A program made the translations under genes and the position numbers. A stretch of DNA of 64,000 bases, taken from the NCBI GenBank assembly GCA_963664705.1, contig OY761556.1, forward strand, positions 2,560,001 through 2,624,000, read 5' to 3'. Source of the DNA: Acidobacteriota bacterium. Its GTDB lineage: Bacteria; Acidobacteriota; UBA6911. Positions 35,510 to 42,828 of this stretch are shown here, in pieces; the stretch's first letter is position 1, and every line of letters starts with the position of its first letter. The notes under the pieces were generated by a model that ran no database searches, was not told the DNA's origin, and saw nothing but the letters and a program-made list of their open reading frames with translations.

Positions 35510-35801
35510 TCAGTCCCGCCCTCGGAATTTCACCATCAGGTCATCTGCGCCGAAGATCCTAATTGTGTTATTGCCGCCGCGGAGCGCTAAACACCAGTCC
35601 TTAAAGGACATCCATGGCGGGCAGAAGGCCTTGATGAACTTGTCTTCTTCCCTTCTTCAGATCAGCTAACAGCGCCGGTACGCAATTGGGACAGACGGCC
35701 TTCGAGCCGAACAGGAAACCGCCCGAGTCGGTCCTGTTTGTAAAGTCCGCCGAGCACCAGTCACATATCACCTGGTTGCCGATGTCTATCGTCTCAATCA
35801 T
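35510..35801 (-). pseudogene. Frameshifted CxxC zinc-binding phage protein
   Basis: CDWC..CPNC frame stops at 35601; an alternate frame from ~35650 (EEDKFIKAFCPPWMSFKDWCLALRGGNNTIRIFG..) fills the gap to 35510. Confidence 0.5.
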
Positions 35802-36446
35802 TCACTTCTTCTCCTCAAGGTCAGGCATGGACATCTTCTCCGTCAGCAGCTTGACGCTCGCATCCATCTCCGGCAATTCCTCAACTTTCGGGATTGGGAG
35901 CGCCTTCACGCTGCCGTCCTCCGCAATGAATTTCGTGGGCGGCACAAAGCCGAGATATCCGCAGCTCCTGTTCGCAGTCTCGTGAATCCCCGGCAAGCGC
36001 TCGTGCATTTCCATCCCACGCGCACTGTAGAGGTCGTAAAGCTTCTCGAACTCCTTCTGAGTCCATGGGGCCTCCGAATCCATCTGGCCGGACAGCCAAA
36101 CCCAACCGCCCATGTCTTTGATCACCCGGTTGATCGTGCCATCCGCAAACTGCACGCTATCGTAGGTGTTGTATTTCACGAGAGTCCGCTGTACCTCTGC
36201 CCACGCTATTTGTCCGGTTTTCTTCGGTTGGCAGGCATGCCGCCTGATGTCTGCCGGTTTCGGCATATAGCTGCCGGCCACCGGATCCTTTAGGTGCATC
36301 TGCAATCCCTTTTCAACCTGGCTCAGTTCCAGATCTCTCAAGGCAAGCCAATACAGATCGATAACTGGCTTGCTGATTTCTTTCTCGTAGATCAGGCCGA
36401 TTCCGAGAATTCGGGTCCCGAACTCAGTCTTCTGGCTGTCCTTCAT
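35802..36446 (-). CDS. Phage replication partner (helicase loader/inhibitor-like N-terminus, DUF6475-like C-terminus)
   Basis: LYWLALRDLEL..YMPKPADI..AWAEV..YDSVQFAD..VIKDMGGWV; downstream of initiator. Confidence 0.75.
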   Translation of the reverse strand: MKDSQKTEFGTRILGIGLIYEKEISKPVIDLYWLALRDLELSQVEKGLQMHLKDPVAGSYMPKPADIRRHACQPKKTGQIAWAEVQRTLVKYNTYDSVQFADGTINRVIKDMGGWVWLSGQMDSEAPWTQKEFEKLYDLYSARGMEMHERLPGIHETANRSCGYLGFVPPTKFIAEDGSVKALPIPKVEELPEMDASVKLLTEKMSMPDLEEKK

Positions 36447-37248
36447 GCGCGTGCTGCTCCTCCACTAATTGCTGGTAGACCGCCCGGGCATTTGCCTCTC
36501 TCTGCTGTGCCGGGGTCAGCCTCTGCCCGGGAAGGGGCTTCCCCCCGCTCGGCGGCGCAGGTTTCGGCGGCGGATCGTCTTCCCACCTCCGCTGATTGAG
36601 CCAGGTAGCCGGGTGAGGGATTTTGCTCTTGTCTTGCCACTGCTCGGATTCGCACGCAAGCTTGAGCCACGCGATCATCGTGGAAACCAGCCGCGCATCC
36701 GGGCGGACTTTCATGAACACCTTCCATGCGTTCTGCTTCGCCTCCTTGCGCGGGTATGCCTCCCAGAAAAGGGAAAACATTTCCTCCGATTTCTCCTTTC
36801 CCACGGGCTCCCCTTCATTTTCAGAATTACAATCAGAGTTAGAGTCAAATAAAGAGTTACATACTGAGGGGTTGCGACATTGCGGTGACGACTCCGTTAC
36901 GTCAGGTCCATCCCGATAACGTCGCTGTCGCCTTCTGTTGCATTCACGCTGTTTAGCTTCCCTCTGCATGCGTCTGTTGATCAGCGTTATGCGATCTTCG
37001 CGGATCAACACGATTGCAGTTCCGGTGGTTTTGAGGTCATGGACAGAGGCCATGAGGGAGGGTCCGTCGCAGCGCAGGAGACGCGTCAGTTGCTCAATCG
37101 TCCCCGCGATGACGCCGGATCGTCCGTCTTCATGCATGACGGCTATCGCATCAGCCCAGATACCACGGGTTGCGGGTTGGCACATCGACAGCTTTGGGTC
37201 CTTCAACCAATCGCCGGTGTTGAACTGCATCCAGAAGAGCTTGGTCAT
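36424..37248 (-). CDS. Phage replication initiator (YdaU/DUF1376-like N-terminus)
   Basis: WMQFNTGDWLKD..RGIW; C-terminal FWEAYPRKEAK..IPHPATWLNQRRWED. Confidence 0.85.
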   Translation of the reverse strand: MTKLFWMQFNTGDWLKDPKLSMCQPATRGIWADAIAVMHEDGRSGVIAGTIEQLTRLLRCDGPSLMASVHDLKTTGTAIVLIREDRITLINRRMQREAKQRECNRRRQRRYRDGPDVTESSPQCRNPSVCNSLFDSNSDCNSENEGEPVGKEKSEEMFSLFWEAYPRKEAKQNAWKVFMKVRPDARLVSTMIAWLKLACESEQWQDKSKIPHPATWLNQRRWEDDPPPKPAPPSGGKPLPGQRLTPAQQREANARAVYQQLVEEQHAHEGQPED

Positions 37249-37670
37249 TTCATGCTTCCTGGAATGTGTCTGCTTAAATTGGTGAGCAGGTACGAAAATG
37301 ATTCGGAAATGTCGTAAAAGGTATGGTCATAATCCCCGTCGGGGAAACATTCGCTCATCAAATCGTCGGCGGAATCGATCATGGCTTTGGCTTTTTTGAG
37401 CCTAGCTATTCCCTCGGAAATAACGGCTACACGATAGGCCGCCGGATCGTGGTCTGATTTACCTGACAGGAACTTGTGGCATCCCTCGCATAGTCCGAGG
37501 AGGTCTTCCAGCCTCTCATGTCCGATGCGTTCGTAGGTCAGATGGTGCGTCACATCATGGGCGCCGACCTTGCACCGTTCGCATATATTTTCCGAACGCC
37601 GTCTGACTTGCTCTTTCAATACGGCCCATTCCCGGCTTGCCAGGTACTTCTGATAGTCCATCCTATCCAC
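37245..37670 (-). CDS. HNH endonuclease-like protein
   Basis: YQKYLASREW..CERC..HHLTYERIGHERLEDLLGLCEGCH. Confidence 0.85.
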   Translation of the reverse strand: MDRMDYQKYLASREWAVLKEQVRRRSENICERCKVGAHDVTHHLTYERIGHERLEDLLGLCEGCHKFLSGKSDHDPAAYRVAVISEGIARLKKAKAMIDSADDLMSECFPDGDYDHTFYDISESFSYLLTNLSRHIPGSMK

Positions 37671-37814
37671 TAAAAGATTCCCCCTATTCCTCTATTTAGT
37701 GCCGCATTAGACAGAAACCATGAGGTTTGCCATCGTATCCGGCTGCTACCTTTTGGTCCGCCTACTGTCTCTCTGAGCAACTGCCGATAGCGGCCCGGTG
37801 CCTTTTGCCGCAAG

Positions 37815-37888
37815 CGGGTCAGTCACAGGTCGACTGTGGTAATACTGTGGGGACCCTATCGGTTCCCTGCGGGGTCAGCCGGGGTCAG
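37815..37888 (+). repeat. GGGTCAG direct repeats, candidate integrase arm-type sites
   Basis: CGGGTCAG at 37815 and tandem CGGGGTCAG at 37870 and 37880, ~110-180 bp inside the att core. Confidence 0.45.
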
Positions 37889-37996
37889 GCGAGGCCACCC
37901 ACATTCGGCCTAATCTATTGTTTTATTAGTATTTACGCGGAAATACAGAAATGAGTTGCAAATGCGGAAATGCTGGTTTTGGCGGGGGGAAACAAA

Positions 37997-38054
37997 CTCG
38001 AAATCGAGTTAGGGACCAAAAGTCTCTACGTGGGTTCGAATCCCACCCTCTCCG
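37997..38054 (+). pseudogene. 3' half of tRNA-Ser(CGA): prophage attachment site (attR-like)
   Basis: CTCGAAA anticodon loop, TCGAG, long variable arm, GTGGGTTCGAATCCCAC T-arm, CCTCTCCG acceptor; 5' half absent. Confidence 0.9.
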
Positions 38055-38106
38055 CTCTCCAATCTTTTGCTGCAGATTTTGTACCCGTTGATGCTCTTGT
38101 AAGCTT

Positions 38107-39072
38107 TCATTCCGCAAAAACGCTGGCAGATCCGGACATGACCTGCGCTGCGGCGCCCCCAGCCGATATGCTGGATCCTACCGTTGCAACCGGTTTTGTT
38201 CCCTTATTGAGCTTGATCGTCGGGGCTTTGATCTCCATTACACCGGATGCCGCAAACTGGCCGACAGCCGCTTCTATGCTCGTGACACTGTCTGATTTAA
38301 GGCTGAGGCTCGCGCTCTGTATCGAGGCGGCCGCACTGCTGCGCATCCTCAGATTCACGCCTGAGGTCAGCTCCAAATCCGAACCTCCCTTGATCTTTGT
38401 TGCAGCGCCCGCGTTCACCGTCAGATTTTTCGCGGCACTGATTTCAACATCCATTCCTGAAATTTTTATTACCTGGGAAAGCATGGCAACCTGCTGCTGT
38501 GTCTGGTTCAGCTTCTGCTCCAGCGCTTTGATCTGTGCCTGCAGGTCACTAATCGGCTCCGAACTGCCGACGGCTTCAGTTTTGGCTTCGGTTTTGAAGA
38601 CGTTCGTCGGGAGGGCTATGTTTCGTGACAATCCCGTTTTCTCAACAACAGTGAGCCATATCAGACCATTCCCCTTTTCAGCCTGAGCCCAGTACTCCTT
38701 GCCGTTCTTTACAATTTTCCCGTTCACGAACCGCCTATTGTCCATGAAGAGAATCGTGCCCCCAAGGTCCTTGATGGCGCTCTCATAATTGCGCGTCATA
38801 GCGAGGCCGCTTGTCTCTCTTGCGCGATCCTCCGCTCTGTAGGTCAGCCTGGTGCAGCGCCCTTCAATATACAACTTCTCCCTCTTGCCGGTCTCCAAAT
38901 TGAAAGCGTCAAGGTCCTTGGTATCACAGGCTGAAATGCTGTATCCCGGCATCCGGACCGGGAACAGTGGATGGTCCACGCATTCCCTTCTGTCAGGCAG
39001 TGCGGCACACACAAAGCCGAGGGCGGCTAGAAATACAGCAACCAGGACTATAACGCTTTTAATATCTTTCAC
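38107..39072 (-). CDS. Secreted protein: OmpA-associated N-terminal domain, coiled coil and gp5/VgrG-like beta-helix C-terminus
   Basis: Signal peptide; CVDHPLF..RMPGY..RNYE..GG domain; DLQAQIKALEQKL; 7-8-aa beta repeats; KPVATVGS..GSASVF end. Confidence 0.65.
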   Translation of the reverse strand: MKDIKSVIVLVAVFLAALGFVCAALPDRRECVDHPLFPVRMPGYSISACDTKDLDAFNLETGKREKLYIEGRCTRLTYRAEDRARETSGLAMTRNYESAIKDLGGTILFMDNRRFVNGKIVKNGKEYWAQAEKGNGLIWLTVVEKTGLSRNIALPTNVFKTEAKTEAVGSSEPISDLQAQIKALEQKLNQTQQQVAMLSQVIKISGMDVEISAAKNLTVNAGAATKIKGGSDLELTSGVNLRMRSSAAASIQSASLSLKSDSVTSIEAAVGQFAASGVMEIKAPTIKLNKGTKPVATVGSSISAGGAAAQVMSGSASVFAE

Positions 39073-39111
39073 TGGAACATCCTTTCACAAGTTGAGAAGA
39101 TGAGCGCGGAA

Positions 39112-39220
39112 ACCCCGAAGGCAGATCGTAGCCAGGGTTCGCTTTGCTCACGCCCGGAAAGATACAGCGGCCGGAGAGCCCTGAACGGGAGAAAGATTTC
39201 TTTCACTCCTTCAGGGGCTC
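39112..39220. repeat. Degenerate REP-like palindromic element
   Basis: GAGCCCTGAAcGGGAGAAAGA-TT-TCTTTCACTCCTTCAGGGGCTC hairpin plus TAGCCAGGGTTCGCTTTGCTCAC. Confidence 0.5.
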
Positions 39221-39632
39221 ATTACATGCTGATCGTCCCCTTTGACAGTGCAAATATATAATAAATATCATTTACACAGACTTGGCCTTGATAATCCCTC
39301 ATTTTGCCCCACATTTTTCTCAAAGCAGATGGCTACGTTTTAGCCGCCCCGTAATATCCAATAGGTTTTAAAAATGGCAAGGCTTGCCAGCATTTAAACT
39401 CAGTACTCGTTTCTGCATGGAAACCGGCCTCGACAATATTTACTCAAGACAGCGTAGAGACAACCCCCGGGTGCATTCCGGACTGAAGGCTATCGGGCCA
39501 GATTTCACCCTGCAGACAGGCCAGAGATGCGCCAGCAATGGCCGAAATCCCACAAAACTGTGCTAGACTGACCCGAATTTATCTCATCCCGCTTGAGGCA
39601 AATTCGTCAATCCACTAAAGAGGAATGAAGTC

Positions 39633-40328
39633 ATGGATGAATCGAAAATGAGTACTAACAAAGAAAAGAAAGTTTTGCGACGCGATTTTTTGACAGGCAG
39701 CGGAACTGTACTGGCTGCAGGGGCGTTAGCTGTTTGCGCAACAGAGTCCGTCTCAACAGTACTGGCAAAGGAAACGATAGAACCCTCCAAAGGCTATATT
39801 GTCTACGACAGCCGGCTTTGCTTCGGCTGCCAGAGCTGCATGTATGCCTGCTCCATGACACACGACGGCGAAGGAAATCCTTCACTTTCGAGAATACAAA
39901 TCATCCGGGATGCTCCTTCGTTTACAAAATATCCGAATGATATTGTTATGTCTCTCTGCCGTCAGTGCCTTTCACCGCTTTGCGTAGAAAACTGCCCCAC
40001 CGGCGCCTGTCATGTGGATGCGGCGCACGGTAATGTCCGAAGAATCGATCAGGACAAATGTATCGGCTGCACGCGCTGCATCCAATTTTGTCCGCAAAGA
40101 CCGCATCGGACGGTATGGAACCCGATTAAAAATAAATCCAGCAAATGCGATCTTTGCACGGATGCTCCCTACTGGAGCAACAAGGGCGGCTTCGAAGGAA
40201 AACAGGCATGCGTTGAAATCTGCCCGGCTAAAGCACTGAAGCTGGTGAACACGCCGCCTTCCCAAACCGATGTCTCCGGCTACGATGTGAATCTGGCCCC
40301 AGCCCCCAAACCGGCGAGAGGAGTATAG
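39633..40328 (+). CDS. Tat-signal 4Fe-4S ferredoxin-like subunit (YdhY/DmsB-like)
   Basis: LRRDFL twin-arginine motif; four Cys clusters CFGCQSC, CRQC, CIGCTRC, CDLC. Confidence 0.9.
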   Translation: MDESKMSTNKEKKVLRRDFLTGSGTVLAAGALAVCATESVSTVLAKETIEPSKGYIVYDSRLCFGCQSCMYACSMTHDGEGNPSLSRIQIIRDAPSFTKYPNDIVMSLCRQCLSPLCVENCPTGACHVDAAHGNVRRIDQDKCIGCTRCIQFCPQRPHRTVWNPIKNKSSKCDLCTDAPYWSNKGGFEGKQACVEICPAKALKLVNTPPSQTDVSGYDVNLAPAPKPARGV

Positions 40329-40333
40329 AATTT

Positions 40334-42409
40334 ATGGCAAATGGATATGCGGGAAAGATTCTCAGCATCAATTTAACAAAAAAGACCGTTACAACTCTCG
40401 ATACGGAGAAATACAAGGAATTTGGCGGCGGGATTGGTATCGCTTCCGCCATCTTCTGGGATCTCGCGGTTGCTCCCGGCGACTGGGATCTCAAAGACGC
40501 CTATGATCCCCGGAATGTCATTTCGCTGATGTCCGGCCCGCTGGCAGGCACCGGCATTCCCGGCGCGGGCAGGACCAGCATCAGCGCCGTTTCGCCGGAA
40601 ACTTTTCCCATTCACCAATTCGCACGAACCAGCATGGGCGGCAGATTCGCCACCATGCTCAAACAGGCAGGTTGGGATGGAGTTGTTGTTCAGGGGAAAT
40701 CCGATCGGCCGGTCTGGATCAATATCATCAACGACAAAGTTGTCATCGAAGATGCCCAAAAACTCTGGGGACTCAATACCTATGAGGCCCAGGCCCAGAT
40801 AACAGCCATGGTAGGAGGCAGAACGCGTTTCGGGGATGAGTGGCATCAGATCGAGAAACAATATACGACAGCCCGACCCCAGATCGTCTGCATCGGACCG
40901 ATCGGCGAGACCAAGGCGAAAATAGCAGCATTGATTCACGGCAGCGGCGTCAGTGCACGCATAGGCGGATTCGGAGGGGTTTTCGGTGCGAAAAACCTGA
41001 AAGCGATCAGCGTCATCGGCACGGGCGGCGTGAAAGCGGCAGATCCCAAAGGCGTTGTCGACACGCGACTCTGGCATTTCAATGCTTTTCCGAAACCTCT
41101 TCACAATGATCCAGGCAACGCATCCTGTATGCCATGCCTGCGATGCGACCGCAGACGCAATTCGTATCATGGCGGCGAGACCATGTGCGTCGACCAGCAC
41201 TGGTTCAACGGCCAGGGCGATGCCAATGAGGACAGAGCCGCTGAAATGCTGATGAAATATGGGCTCAGCGGATGGGGTGGCCATTTTGACGGCATGAAAA
41301 TATTCGTGGCCGACGTACCGGGCGCTCCTGCATTTTTCAAAGGAAAGGTCCCGGTGGAACCTGGGATGGGTTGGTATCTCAAGTACCTTTATGATCAAGG
41401 CATCCTTGGCACCGGCAAGAAAATCGATTCGTATCCTTTGCATATGGACCAGTACGACACCTTGAGCTTCCGGGAGGCTTTCCTCGACTGCATCGCCCGA
41501 CGAGTCGGAATTGGGGACGTGCTTGCCGAAGGATTGCTGGAAGCGGCCGAAAAATGGGGGCGGCTCGATGTAGATTTGAACAATGGCGCACTTCGCCTGC
41601 CGGCCTGGGGCGCCGTTTATCACTGGACGCTGCCCGGAGTTGAGTGGTCCTACAATTATCTGCTGGGAACCGGGGATCCGGCATGGCACGGATTCTTCGC
41701 ACTTGGCAAAAATATGGGCGGCGGTCCGGGAGCCCTCGGCGAACCCGCAGGAACTTACAGCGTCGAACGGCTGCTGGAAATAATGTCCGCGAAAACCATT
41801 CCCTTTACCAACGATCCCATGATGTTTAACTACGCATGGAAGGGAGAGGATGCCAGGAAAACCGGCATCTATTCAGAACATAAAGCTAAAGAGGTTGCAT
41901 GGACGCGCCATTTCGCCTCGTTCTGGAACGAATCCATGGCATTCTGCGAAATGCTGTTGCCGGTGTTCATCAATGTAGATCGCAAAGACAATTGGGGCCC
42001 GAGTCCCGATGTCGAATTGCGCTATTACCAGGCTGTGACCGGGAACAAAATTCCTTTCGAAGAGACAATGGCAATCGGAAAGAAGTTGTGGACGCTCGAG
42101 CGCGCTATTCGCGTAATGGGAGGAAGAAACCGGGAGAACGAAAAATTCGCTCCGTTCATGTACAAACCTGGAGCCTGTGCCATGAATTTCCAGGGCGGTG
42201 TTCCGGTTTATGAAAACGGGAAGTGGAGCTGGCAGGATAACCTCGACATGTATCTGGATGATGCCGGGGTCGAACTTTTCAAAACCCGATATTACAAGCT
42301 GGAAGGATGGGATGAAAAGAACGGCTGGCCAACCCGCAACACCCTGGAAGGAATGGGCCTCAAACACGTTGCCGACGGCATGGCAGCCAAAGGCAAGCTT
42401 GGGGCATAA
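40334..42409 (+). CDS. Aldehyde:ferredoxin oxidoreductase family (W/Mo-bis-pterin) catalytic subunit
   Basis: GYAGKILSINLT, GGRFATMLKQAGWDG, GAKNLKAI, YYKLEGWD..GWPT. Confidence 0.93.
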   Translation: MANGYAGKILSINLTKKTVTTLDTEKYKEFGGGIGIASAIFWDLAVAPGDWDLKDAYDPRNVISLMSGPLAGTGIPGAGRTSISAVSPETFPIHQFARTSMGGRFATMLKQAGWDGVVVQGKSDRPVWINIINDKVVIEDAQKLWGLNTYEAQAQITAMVGGRTRFGDEWHQIEKQYTTARPQIVCIGPIGETKAKIAALIHGSGVSARIGGFGGVFGAKNLKAISVIGTGGVKAADPKGVVDTRLWHFNAFPKPLHNDPGNASCMPCLRCDRRRNSYHGGETMCVDQHWFNGQGDANEDRAAEMLMKYGLSGWGGHFDGMKIFVADVPGAPAFFKGKVPVEPGMGWYLKYLYDQGILGTGKKIDSYPLHMDQYDTLSFREAFLDCIARRVGIGDVLAEGLLEAAEKWGRLDVDLNNGALRLPAWGAVYHWTLPGVEWSYNYLLGTGDPAWHGFFALGKNMGGGPGALGEPAGTYSVERLLEIMSAKTIPFTNDPMMFNYAWKGEDARKTGIYSEHKAKEVAWTRHFASFWNESMAFCEMLLPVFINVDRKDNWGPSPDVELRYYQAVTGNKIPFEETMAIGKKLWTLERAIRVMGGRNRENEKFAPFMYKPGACAMNFQGGVPVYENGKWSWQDNLDMYLDDAGVELFKTRYYKLEGWDEKNGWPTRNTLEGMGLKHVADGMAAKGKLGA

Positions 42410-42828
42410 CTGCAGTCGCTGCTAAAGTAACCAGGGATGATCTCTTCCATGAAAGATCATCCCTGGTATAACCCTTCAATTTATCTATTCGATCGGTGTG
42501 TTTGCTCTTTTGAGAATCGGTTTTGTAGGAATATCGGGTACGGGAGCTTCCTCTGGAGGCTTTTCATCGCCCGTTTTGTTCTCCAGCAACAACTTCACAT
42601 CTGCCTGCCCTTCCGTCCCATCCGATAAAATGAAATAGGCATTCCCTTTTTCAAGAGGCATTTGATACTCCACCGCAGTGTTGAGTAATAAACAGTTTTT
42701 ATTTGTTATTTTTTATCTCTTTTTACATTATAAGGTTTCCTTCAAGAACAATGTGAAGGCCCTAAATGCCACCGAATGGAGTGGTAAATGCCATCTCCTT
42801 TATTTCAACAAGAATAGAGAAGAACCCA

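Larger units (their letters stand above)
1..38054 (-). mobile_element. HK97-like (siphovirus) prophage integrated in a tRNA-Ser gene; truncated by left window edge
   Basis: Contiguous minus-strand phage gene order (replication, HNH, terS, terL, portal, protease, MCP, neck, tail tube, TAC, TMP, tail tip); ends at a tRNA 3'-half fragment. Confidence 0.95.

Noticed and set aside
37960-38060. Intact tRNA-Ser gene
   Set aside because: Sequence upstream of the anticodon loop has no 5' acceptor strand (GGAGAGG), D-arm or 5' anticodon stem; only the 3' half is present
26064-39072. T6SS or extracellular contractile injection system linking Rhs and the spike-like protein
   Set aside because: No sheath, baseplate, Hcp or ATPase genes; the tail is non-contractile type, and the two genes lie on opposite sides of the att site
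42485-42673. 62-aa minus-strand ORF between the two oxidoreductases
   Set aside because: Plausible composition but no motif or clear SD; insufficient support
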